A stretch of 43,149 bases of DNA from an uncultured Gammaproteobacteria bacterium (lineage in GTDB: Bacteria; Patescibacteriota; Microgenomatia; UBA12405): positions 1 to 43,149 of the forward strand of contig CAZVMP010000003.1 of the NCBI GenBank assembly GCA_964628885.1, written 5' to 3'. Positions 27,162 through 35,916 of this stretch are shown here, in pieces. Under the pieces are notes generated by a model. That model had not been told where the DNA came from. It ran no database searches and worked only from the letters and a program-made list of their open reading frames with translations. How positions within the stretch are numbered: the stretch's first letter is position 1; every line of letters starts with the position of its first letter. The position numbers were made by a program, and so were the translations under genes.

Positions 27162-29858
27162 ATGGTGTTTTCGAGGAGCTGGAAGTTAAAATGGTCTAAA
27201 TTTTTTGATCGGTTTAAAATTGGACAGAAAAAAAAATGGTCAGAGCTATTTAAAAGTAAAAAATTTTGGCTTAATTTTTTCAGCGTAGTATTAATAATGA
27301 TAGGAATTGGGGTGTTGGCGGTGCTATTTTTATTTGTTTGGTATTCAAAAGATTTACCTTCACCAACTAAAGTGGTTCGTCGGGATGGGTATTCTAGTAA
27401 AGTTTATGATAGGAACGAAAAAGTGCTTTATGATATTTTTAATGATGCTAAGCGTGATCCAGTAAGTTTTTCAGATATTCCAGATTATTTAAAGCAGGCA
27501 ACAATAGCCGTTGAGGATAAAGATTTTTATAAGCATAAAGGGTTTGACCCCTTAACTCCACTTAGAATCATTAAAAATGCGTTTTATTTTAAAAAAGTAA
27601 CTGGAGGGTCGACTTTAACACAACAATTAACTAGAAATGTATTACTATCTACTGATAGAACGATTCATCGTAAAATTAAAGAATTAATTTTATCAATTCA
27701 GATCGAATCTAAATATAGTAAAGATGAAATCTTGGCAATGTATTTGAATGAAGCTCCTTATGGAGGGGCTTCATGGGGAGTTGGTCCGGCGGTAGAACAA
27801 TATTTTGGAAAATCAGTAAAAGAATTAAATTTGGCTGAATCAGCTATTTTAGCGGGAATGCCTCAATTACCAAGTGTCTATTCACCTTATTCAAAAACAC
27901 CAACTGCTTATATAGATAGGACAAGTCATGTGTTGAATAGAATGGTGGAAGATGGTTATATTAGTCGGGATTTGGCTGATAAGACGATGGAGGAGGTTAA
28001 AAACTATGAATTTAGCGATAAAAATTCTACTATTAAGGCTCCTCATTTTGTTTTTTGGATAAAAGAGGTTTTAGCTAAAAAATATGGAGAGGAAGTAGTT
28101 GAGAACGGTGGGCTCAAAATCATAACTACCTTGGACTTAGATTTACAAAATGAGGCACAAAAGATTGTCGCGGAAGAAATTGAGAAAACAGAAAAAATAG
28201 GAATTACTAATGGAGCAGCATTAGTGCTTGATCCAAAAACGGGTCAAGTGTTAGCAATGGTGGGTTCAAGAGATTATTTTTCGGATAAAACTGACGGCAA
28301 TTTTAATGTTATAACTCAAGCTCTAAGACAGCCAGGATCATCAATTAAGCCGATTACTTATTTGGGAGCAATCAAAAAAGGTTGGACGGCGGCAACTATG
28401 ATTATGGATACTCCAGTAGTGTTTCCAGGGAGTGGAGGTCAACCAAATTATGTCCCAAAAAATTATAACGGTAAATATAATGGGCCAATTAGCCTTAGAA
28501 ATTCTTTAGGAAATTCAATAAATATAACGGCAGTAAAAGCCTTGGCCTTTGTCGGAGTTGAGAACATGTTGTCATTATCTTATGATATGGGCTTATCAAC
28601 TTTAGAACCAACCAAAGAAAATTTATCTAAATTTGGATTGGCGGTAACCTTGGGTGGAGCTGAGGTGAGGGTGATTGATTTAGCGTCGGCCTATACTGCT
28701 TTTGCTAATAATGGTGAAAGAATGGAGGCGGTCGGAATTTTGCGAGTTGAGGATAGAGATGGGCGGGTGTTAGAAGAATATAAGCCAGTAAATGGTAAAA
28801 AAGTAATGACTCCTCAAGAAGCTTTTATAATTTCAAATATTTTATCGGATAATTCAGCTAGAGAGATGACGTTTGGATCAGTCAATTCTTTGGTTATCCC
28901 CAACTATCAAGTGGCAGCTAAGACAGGAACAACTAATGAGAAAAAAGATAATTGGACTATTGGCTGGACCCCTGGGTTATTAACAGCGGTATGGGTGGGA
29001 AATAATAATGGTGACCCGATGGGAAATTTAGTTTCTGGAGTTTCTGGAGCAGCCCCGATTTGGAAGCGGATTATGACTTATCAGTTACCTAAACAAGCAA
29101 AAATAGATTTTACTATTCCAGATAAGATTATCTCGGTTGAAGTGGATAGAATTTCGGGGTATTCATCTCATGATGGATTTCCTAGTAGAAATGAATATTT
29201 TATCGATGGAACTCAACCAACAATTTCAGATCCGATTCATTTAAAATTGAAAATTTGTAAGGGACAGTCAGGCTTGGCGCCTCCAGATGATGTCGCTAGT
29301 AATAATTATGATGAAAAAGAGTTTTTCTTATTTAAAGAAAACGATTTGATTTCAACTGATGATAAAAATAGATGGCAGGAAGGGATTGATAGTTGGATTA
29401 GCCAGCAACCAGACAAGGATAAATATAATCCGCCAACAGAGTACTGCCGTCAAGGAGGAATGGTAAATGTCGGGATTGATTCTCCAACTCATGAATCAAC
29501 AGTGAGCAGTACCTTTGATGTTAAAATAACAACAAATTCTCTGACTAAAATCGTTGAAGTAAAGTTATGGGTTGATGGTGAGGAAAAGAAGGTTTGGAAT
29601 GAGAGACCTTTCGAAACTAAATTAACTTTAACTGATGGTCCTCATACACTTAAGGTAAGAGCAACCGATCGTGATGGAAATAGTCAGGAGAGAGAATCTA
29701 AGATTGGGGTGAACACTCCATGGAAAATAACTCCAACCCCAACGTTATCGCCGACTATTTTATTAACCCCAACCTCAACTCCGATACCGTCACTAAGTTC
29801 TACCCCGACTCCGACTCTTGTTCCGACCTCGGCGCCTATTCCAACAGTTTCTCAATAA
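27162..29858 (+). CDS. Class A penicillin-binding protein (PBP1A family) with C-terminal Ig-like domain and Thr/Pro-rich tail
   Basis: TM anchor; transglycosylase motifs EDKDFY, GGSTLTQQL, RKIKE; transpeptidase SSIK, SIN, KTGT; C-terminal 'DGPHTLKVRATD' and TPTPT repeats. Confidence 0.95.
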   Translation: MVFSRSWKLKWSKFFDRFKIGQKKKWSELFKSKKFWLNFFSVVLIMIGIGVLAVLFLFVWYSKDLPSPTKVVRRDGYSSKVYDRNEKVLYDIFNDAKRDPVSFSDIPDYLKQATIAVEDKDFYKHKGFDPLTPLRIIKNAFYFKKVTGGSTLTQQLTRNVLLSTDRTIHRKIKELILSIQIESKYSKDEILAMYLNEAPYGGASWGVGPAVEQYFGKSVKELNLAESAILAGMPQLPSVYSPYSKTPTAYIDRTSHVLNRMVEDGYISRDLADKTMEEVKNYEFSDKNSTIKAPHFVFWIKEVLAKKYGEEVVENGGLKIITTLDLDLQNEAQKIVAEEIEKTEKIGITNGAALVLDPKTGQVLAMVGSRDYFSDKTDGNFNVITQALRQPGSSIKPITYLGAIKKGWTAATMIMDTPVVFPGSGGQPNYVPKNYNGKYNGPISLRNSLGNSINITAVKALAFVGVENMLSLSYDMGLSTLEPTKENLSKFGLAVTLGGAEVRVIDLASAYTAFANNGERMEAVGILRVEDRDGRVLEEYKPVNGKKVMTPQEAFIISNILSDNSAREMTFGSVNSLVIPNYQVAAKTGTTNEKKDNWTIGWTPGLLTAVWVGNNNGDPMGNLVSGVSGAAPIWKRIMTYQLPKQAKIDFTIPDKIISVEVDRISGYSSHDGFPSRNEYFIDGTQPTISDPIHLKLKICKGQSGLAPPDDVASNNYDEKEFFLFKENDLISTDDKNRWQEGIDSWISQQPDKDKYNPPTEYCRQGGMVNVGIDSPTHESTVSSTFDVKITTNSLTKIVEVKLWVDGEEKKVWNERPFETKLTLTDGPHTLKVRATDRDGNSQERESKIGVNTPWKITPTPTLSPTILLTPTSTPIPSLSSTPTPTLVPTSAPIPTVSQ

Positions 29859-29954
29859 AATTGCCTAAATATAGGATAATTTCGTTTTTAGCTCTAAATT
29901 AGCAGTCTTCATGTTTGAGTGCTAATATATCATATTATTTCAAAAGATATAAAA

Positions 29955-31760
29955 CTATTTCAAATTGAAGGCTTTAAGATGGATTTCTTTAGCGGTTTTA
30001 TCATCCAGATTGAAGTATGAAGCTTGAAAAGTATAGCGGTATTTTTGGGTAATCTGATCATGATAGATATCGGTAATAGTAAGTTGCCAGAGATGCTCTG
30101 AGTTAATTATTTTAGAATATTTAGTTATTAGTTTGAAAGGGTCTTTTTTAGTATCTAAAGTAATGTTGGCATCCAGAGTAATAATTTGACGAGTTAGTTG
30201 GTAGGCGTGGGAGGAGGAAATAATCGGCTGATATTGTTGGGGCTTGTCTAAATTATCAAGAATAATTTCGGTAAAATTATCATCAATAATGTTGGTGTTT
30301 AAATCAAGATGTTTTAAATCATCGACAAGTTTTTTAGGATCGGAATTGTAGATGGCTAGGGCATTTTTTTCAAGATATTGATTAGCTGTTTTGAAAAAGA
30401 TTTTACCAATTTCAAAAAATTGAGTTGGGGGTAATTTAAAACGGAGATATTGGTCTACTTGATGTTTAAGGGAAGGAATTAATGATTGACGTAAATAAAC
30501 GACTTCGGTATTAATGCTGTTTTGAGTTTTAACGACAGTTTTTGGGTCATTAACAGTATCTGTTAGAGGCCAAGTTAAAACTTCGTTATAACCAAGAGCA
30601 GTTAGACGGTCTTTAATAAGATCAATAAGATAAATTTCCTTAGGAGTAATATCGGTGATTTTTTTGGGAGAAAGAGGTTGATTGGTGGGGATTTGATGAT
30701 AACCCCAAAAACGAATCGATTCATTAGTAAGACTTTGAGAGATAGTTAAATCTTGGCGAATAGAGGGAGGAGTAACAGAGACTAATTGGTTGTGAGTAGA
30801 TAGACTACAGCCAAGTCGAGTAAGGCAGTCAAGGGTAAAATTAACGGGGATATTTATTCCAGAAATTTGAGAAGGAGAGCTGGGGTCAAATTTTATTACT
30901 GGCAGAGAATCAGCTTGGGGATAATAATCAAAGATTTGAGAGCTAATTTGACCTTGGCAATGTTCTAAAAGTAGTTTGGTTAAAAAATTAAAAGCTAAAG
31001 GGATGGTTTTGGGGTCAAGCAGTTTTTCTAACCTGGTAGCAGCTTCAGTGGTTGATTTAAGGAATCGACTGTTTTGACGGACAGTGGTGGGATCATAAAT
31101 AGCTACTTCAATAATGATATCAGTGGTATCTAAGTTAATAGCACAGGCTTCCCCACCCCAAAAATTAAGACTGAGAGCTTTTTTGGGATTATTAATCATT
31201 AAAATATCAGAGTTTAATTTGAGACGAGAATTATCAAGGCTAATAAATTCTTTATACTTAGGATTAATTTCCCAAATAAGGTTGTTTCCAGATTTGTAAA
31301 CATCAAAAGCATGGTTGGGAATGCCATACATGAACATGACATAGTTACTTAGATCAACAATTAAATTGACGGGATTAGTGTTATGAAATTTAATAAAAGT
31401 CTGGAGCCATTTAGGAGAGATTTGGTTTTTGAGTTGAGAAATTTTAACTGCCATGACTCGTTTGACTTTATTGGTGGTGATGGTAATTGGTAGTTGAGGT
31501 AAAGAATTATTTGATAACAAGTCTGTGGTTAAATCATGTAATTTTAAATTGTAAAGAACAGCTAAATCTCGGGCTAATCCATAATAACCGAGACAGTCTC
31601 CCCTATTGACTTTGATATCTAAATCAAAAATAATTTCGTTGTCAGTTTCTTCAAAGAAGTTAGTGAAGTGACCAATCATGGTGAGGTCATCACGAAGTTG
31701 ATGTGGCTTAACATTAAGATCGGGTAAAAATTTTTGAAGATGAGAGTAGACTAGTTTCAT
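29955..31760 (-). CDS. pheT: Phenylalanine-tRNA ligase beta subunit (short form)
   Basis: NRGDCLGYYGLARDL, B3/B4 domain, B5 'PPSIRQDL', 'LRQSLIPSL', 'FFEIGKIF'; follows pheS. Confidence 0.9.
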   Translation of the reverse strand: MKLVYSHLQKFLPDLNVKPHQLRDDLTMIGHFTNFFEETDNEIIFDLDIKVNRGDCLGYYGLARDLAVLYNLKLHDLTTDLLSNNSLPQLPITITTNKVKRVMAVKISQLKNQISPKWLQTFIKFHNTNPVNLIVDLSNYVMFMYGIPNHAFDVYKSGNNLIWEINPKYKEFISLDNSRLKLNSDILMINNPKKALSLNFWGGEACAINLDTTDIIIEVAIYDPTTVRQNSRFLKSTTEAATRLEKLLDPKTIPLAFNFLTKLLLEHCQGQISSQIFDYYPQADSLPVIKFDPSSPSQISGINIPVNFTLDCLTRLGCSLSTHNQLVSVTPPSIRQDLTISQSLTNESIRFWGYHQIPTNQPLSPKKITDITPKEIYLIDLIKDRLTALGYNEVLTWPLTDTVNDPKTVVKTQNSINTEVVYLRQSLIPSLKHQVDQYLRFKLPPTQFFEIGKIFFKTANQYLEKNALAIYNSDPKKLVDDLKHLDLNTNIIDDNFTEIILDNLDKPQQYQPIISSSHAYQLTRQIITLDANITLDTKKDPFKLITKYSKIINSEHLWQLTITDIYHDQITQKYRYTFQASYFNLDDKTAKEIHLKAFNLK

Positions 31761-32767
31761 AGTTGATGAGGTTTGTAAGCAAGGTTACCCCCCATGAGGG
31801 TACGAATATCACTAATCTTATTTTGAGCCATAGTCCAGCGATCAAGACCCATACCAAAAGCAAAGCCAGACCAAATTTTAGGATTAATTCCAGCCATACT
31901 GAGGACTTTAGGGTGAATCATACCACTGCCTCCCATTTCAATCCAACCAGCATATTTGCATAAAGAACAGCCTTGACCGTGACAGTTAAAACATTGCATA
32001 TCGGGACCGACTCCGGGTTCGACTTCGGGATAATACTTAGCGCGGTAACGGACAACCACCTTGGGGCCATAAAGAGTCTTGAACATAAGATCCATGGTAC
32101 CAATAAGGTCTTTAATAGTTAGGCCTTTATCGACGACGACAGCTTGATATTGATGAAAAACAAAGTGGTTAGAACGATTAACTTTTTCATTACGATAAAC
32201 GGCTCCAGGGAAAGCAGCACGAATTGGTAGTTTTTGTGATTGCTGATTTAATAGATATGATTCGATGGTAGAAGTTTGGGTGCGAAGGAGATATTCTGGT
32301 TCTTGGATATAGATACTGTCTTGCATATCGCGGGCGGGATGATCTTCGGGAACATTGAGACGTTTAAAATTATATTCATCAGTAACAATTTCTGGACCAG
32401 TATAAATGGAAAAACCAAGATTTTTAAAGAGGGCGTTTAATTGGCGTTCAGTTTGGGTGATGGGGTGAAGATGTCCAATTTTAGGAGGAGTAAAAATAGG
32501 AGAGGAGGTTTTTTTGGTGATGGTTTTGATTTCTTTTATTTTTTTCAAACTTAAAAGAGTTTCTAGGTCGGTTTTAGTTCGGTTTAGGTCAATCCCATAT
32601 TGTCGTTTTTGGTCATTAGGGATATTTCTAATCTTAGAAAAGAGTTGATTAAATAAGCCGTTTCGTCCAAAAAGTTCAATTCTAATCTTTTCCAGATCAT
32701 GTGAATTTTTTAGTTGGGATATTTTTTTAGAGTATTTTTGTTTAATTAACTCCAGGTCTTGATTCAT
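31757..32767 (-). CDS. pheS: Phenylalanine-tRNA ligase alpha subunit
   Basis: GHLHP, HPARDMQD, LLRTQTS, FHQ, YYPEVEPG, GFAFGMGLDR; start 32767 (track start 32824 runs through a terminator). Confidence 0.96.
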   Translation of the reverse strand: MNQDLELIKQKYSKKISQLKNSHDLEKIRIELFGRNGLFNQLFSKIRNIPNDQKRQYGIDLNRTKTDLETLLSLKKIKEIKTITKKTSSPIFTPPKIGHLHPITQTERQLNALFKNLGFSIYTGPEIVTDEYNFKRLNVPEDHPARDMQDSIYIQEPEYLLRTQTSTIESYLLNQQSQKLPIRAAFPGAVYRNEKVNRSNHFVFHQYQAVVVDKGLTIKDLIGTMDLMFKTLYGPKVVVRYRAKYYPEVEPGVGPDMQCFNCHGQGCSLCKYAGWIEMGGSGMIHPKVLSMAGINPKIWSGFAFGMGLDRWTMAQNKISDIRTLMGGNLAYKPHQL

Positions 32768-32785
32768 AGCTGGTTTTATTTTAAC

Positions 32786-32811
32786 AAAAAACCCCGCAGA
32801 GGCGGGGTTTT
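32786..32811 (-). terminator. Intrinsic terminator after rplT
   Basis: Minus strand AAAACCCCGC-CTCT-GCGGGGTTTTTT. Confidence 0.88.
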
Positions 32812-32829
32812 GATTAAAAAGCAAGCTAT

Positions 32830-33171
32830 CTATTTAGCTGATTCAACGATAGCTTTGAAACTATCAGGATTGTTAACAGCTAAATCGGCTAAAATTTTTC
32901 TATCAATGATGATATTGCGGTTTTTTAGCATTTTGATAAAAGCAGAATAACGAATATCAAAAGGTTTTAGAGCGGCATTGATACGGACAATCCAAGTTTT
33001 ACGAAGATCGCGTTTTTTTAGACGTCGTCCAATAAAAGCATAATCACCAGCATGCATGACAGCTTCGTGGGCGACCTTGTATCTTTTATGCCGGGTCATC
33101 CAAAAACCTTTAGCAGCTTTGAGGACCTTTTTGTGAGCAGCTCTTCTGACTGTTCCAGTTTTGACTCTCAT
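32830..33171 (-). CDS. rplT: 50S ribosomal protein L20
   Basis: 'MRVKTGTVRR', 'RRLKKRDLRKTWIVRINAA', 'IDRKILADLAV'. Confidence 0.97.
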   Translation of the reverse strand: MRVKTGTVRRAAHKKVLKAAKGFWMTRHKRYKVAHEAVMHAGDYAFIGRRLKKRDLRKTWIVRINAALKPFDIRYSAFIKMLKNRNIIIDRKILADLAVNNPDSFKAIVESAK

Positions 33172-33213
33172 AGGTTATTTTTAAAATTTAAGTTATTAAT
33201 TAGTAAAAACAAA

Positions 33214-33414
33214 TTATAATTGGCCTAATAATTTTTTGACTCGAATAGCGACAGCACCTTGGACAACTTGTTTACCTTTAAGACGGCGAAGTTGTTTTTT
33301 ACTTTTTTTGCGACGTAAGTGTCGGTTAAAAGAAGACATTCTTAAAACTTTACCAGTTTTAGTGACCTCAAATCGGTTAGAAACTGATTTTCTGACTTTT
33401 AATTTTTTAGACAT
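33214..33414 (-). CDS. rpmI: 50S ribosomal protein L35
   Basis: 'KLKVRKSVSNRFEVTKTGKV...HLRRKKSKKQLRRL'; infC-rpmI-rplT synteny; start 33414 or 33423. Confidence 0.92.
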   Translation of the reverse strand: MSKKLKVRKSVSNRFEVTKTGKVLRMSSFNRHLRRKKSKKQLRRLKGKQVVQGAVAIRVKKLLGQL

Positions 33415-33976
33415 TTTTTTCATCGGTAACAGTAGCCTTCTTTTTTGAAGGAGTAAAAGTAATCATTAATCTTTTGCCAATAAGTTTAGCTTCACCTTCA
33501 GTAGTGGCAAAATCCTGGAGATCAGATTTGAATTTGGTTACCAGGTTATGTCCAAATTGCTGATGAGCCATCTGGCGACCTTGGAATTTTATACTTAATT
33601 TGATTTTATTTCCAGTAGCCAAAAACTTTTTAGCTCTATCAATTCGGATTTGATAATCATTTTGTCCGATAAATGGGGTCATTTGTATTTCTTTAAGTTC
33701 CCCGCCTTTGATTCCTTTCTTTTCAGACTGGAGCTTTTTGGCTTCCTGGTATTTAAATTTAGAGAAACTAATAAGTTTAATTACTGGCGGTATGGCTTTA
33801 CCATTAATTTCAATCAAGTCTAGTCCAGACTCCTGAGACATATTTCTAGCTTCAGAGATAGGGACAACTCCAATTTGTTTACCGTGCTCATCTAAAAGAC
33901 GGACTTCTGAGGCTGTAATATATTGATTAATTTTATAAAATTTATTATTAGTTTTTCTGTTTCTGAAACTACTCAA
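33407..33976 (-). CDS. infC: Translation initiation factor IF-3
   Basis: 'INQYITASEVRL', 'GLDLIEI', 'KEIQMTPFIGQNDY', 'GNKIKLSIKFQGRQ'; TTG start. Confidence 0.95.
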   Translation of the reverse strand: MSSFRNRKTNNKFYKINQYITASEVRLLDEHGKQIGVVPISEARNMSQESGLDLIEINGKAIPPVIKLISFSKFKYQEAKKLQSEKKGIKGGELKEIQMTPFIGQNDYQIRIDRAKKFLATGNKIKLSIKFQGRQMAHQQFGHNLVTKFKSDLQDFATTEGEAKLIGKRLMITFTPSKKKATVTDEKNV

Positions 33977-34002
33977 GTTATTTTGTAATTTTTAACTGTT
34001 GA

Positions 34003-35754
34003 CTATTTTATCAAATTTAAGGCTTTATTTGTGATTTGATCCTTAATCTGAGTTAGGAAGTCAGCTAGTGTCATAATACCTAAGTCTTGACCATCGCGCT
34101 GACGGACAGAAATAGTTTTATTTTCTGTCTCACGGCCACCGATAATAATCATATAAGGAATTTTTTCTCCGGCAGCCTGACGAATTTTATTTTGCATAGT
34201 TTCAGCACGATCATCAATTTCAACCCGAATATCTTCGTTTTGAAGAAGATCCTTAATTTGCTGGGCATATTCTAATTGCTGATCAGTAATGGGAATTATT
34301 TTAATTTGAGTTGGAGCAATCCAAGTTGGAAATGAGCCACTAAAATGTTCAATAAGAATTCCCATGAAACGTTCAAGTGAACCATAAATTACACGATGAA
34401 TAACTACTGGAGTTTTTTCAGTACCATTTTTGTCTGTATATTTTAAATTAAACTTACGAGGAAGTTGAAAATCTAATTGGATAGTACCTGTTTGCCATTC
34501 ACGACCAATACAGTCATCCATTAAAATATCTAATTTTGGTCCGTAAAAAGCACCTTCTCCGGGGCCAATAAAATAATCAAAGTTGTTATTTTTTAATATC
34601 TTTTCTAGTTCTTTTTCAGCCTTATTCCAAGTTTTAATATCTCCCATAAAATCATCTGGTCTGGTACCAAGTCTAATCTTAAATTCTATTCCAAAAACTG
34701 AATAAAATAATTTAGCAATTTCTAGAATTTTTTTATATTCATCTCCGATCTGATCTTCAGTTACAAAAATATGAGCATCATCTTGAGAAAATTTTTGAAC
34801 TCGAAGTAAACCATTAAGCTGACCTGATTTTTCATGTCGGTGAAGAACATCGCAGTCCGAAAGACGTAAGGGTAATTCGCGATAGCTATGTTTAGATTGT
34901 TTAAAAATAATCATGGCATTGGGACAGTTCATGGGTTTAAGACAATAGACACCATCCTCTTTCATATCAGAAATAAACATATTTTCTCTATAATGATCCC
35001 AATGACCAGAGGTTTCATAAAGTTGTTTTTTATTTAAAAGAGGGGTAATGGTTTCGTGGTAGCCTCGTTTTGAGTGTTCTGAACGCCAAAATTTTAGTAA
35101 TTCATTGATAATGATAGTTCCTTTTGGAAGCCAATATGGCATTCCGGGAGCTGTTTCATCTATAAAGAATAATCCTAGTTGTGGGCCTAATTTGCGATGA
35201 TCGCGTTTTTTAGCTTCTTCCAGATTATCGAGGTATTGTTGAAGTTCATCTTTAGTATTAAAAGCGGTGCCGTAGATACGAGTAAGCATTTTATTTTTTT
35301 CATCACCATGCCAGTAGGCGCCAGCAACGGACAAGAGTTTAAACGCTTTGACCTGACTAGTATAGCGAACATGGGGTCCAGCGCAAAGATCAATAAAATC
35401 GTCGCCGGTTTGGTAAGCAGTAATTACTTCTCCCCTATCTTCGATAGAGTCAAGCCATTCCATTTTATAAGGATTGTCTTTAAAAATTTCTTTGGCTTCA
35501 TTAAGACTGATTTCTAATCTAGTTATGGGTAGATTTTGCTTAATAATTTTTTTCATTTCGGACTCAATCTTGGGGAAATCATCTTCACTGAGTTTAAAAC
35601 CGTTAAGTGGTTCAAAATCAAAATAAAAGCCGTTATCAGTAGACGGACCCATAGCCATGAGAAATTTATGAGGATAAAGTCGCTCCATGGCTTGAGTGAG
35701 AATGTGCTCAGTGGAGTGACGAAGTTGATGTAAATCTGTTTTGTTTTCTGACAT
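34003..35754 (-). CDS. thrS: Threonine-tRNA ligase (no N-terminal TGS domain)
   Basis: RHSTEH, DLCAGPH, RDHRKLG, LKPMNCP, GAFYGPKLD, QLDF, HRVIYGSLERF, C-terminal anticodon-binding domain. Confidence 0.97.
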   Translation of the reverse strand: MSENKTDLHQLRHSTEHILTQAMERLYPHKFLMAMGPSTDNGFYFDFEPLNGFKLSEDDFPKIESEMKKIIKQNLPITRLEISLNEAKEIFKDNPYKMEWLDSIEDRGEVITAYQTGDDFIDLCAGPHVRYTSQVKAFKLLSVAGAYWHGDEKNKMLTRIYGTAFNTKDELQQYLDNLEEAKKRDHRKLGPQLGLFFIDETAPGMPYWLPKGTIIINELLKFWRSEHSKRGYHETITPLLNKKQLYETSGHWDHYRENMFISDMKEDGVYCLKPMNCPNAMIIFKQSKHSYRELPLRLSDCDVLHRHEKSGQLNGLLRVQKFSQDDAHIFVTEDQIGDEYKKILEIAKLFYSVFGIEFKIRLGTRPDDFMGDIKTWNKAEKELEKILKNNNFDYFIGPGEGAFYGPKLDILMDDCIGREWQTGTIQLDFQLPRKFNLKYTDKNGTEKTPVVIHRVIYGSLERFMGILIEHFSGSFPTWIAPTQIKIIPITDQQLEYAQQIKDLLQNEDIRVEIDDRAETMQNKIRQAAGEKIPYMIIIGGRETENKTISVRQRDGQDLGIMTLADFLTQIKDQITNKALNLIK

Positions 35755-35916
35755 ATTATAAGGATATTTTAACAGTAAAAGGGTTTAAAAATGTGGCCCA
35801 AAAGGAATAGCTCCGAATTGGGCTATTTAGTTAGAAAAGTTTTTAAAAAATGAGTCTGGAACATGCTGATAAAGTATATCACAGGCTAGATTGGAAAATT
35901 TTTTGTAAAATTAGTT

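Noticed and set aside
29720-29855. Short CCAAC/CCGAC-type repeats
   Set aside because: They encode the Thr/Pro-rich PBP tail; not a CRISPR or DNA repeat array
29859-29954. Hairpins between the convergent PBP and pheT (e.g. TTAGCA...TGCTAA)
   Set aside because: AT-rich, weak stems without a clear U-tract; plausible bidirectional terminator but not supportable
35755-35916. T-box or thrS operator
   Set aside because: No T-box consensus (AGGGTGGNACCGCG), and the promoter lies 11 nt from the ATG
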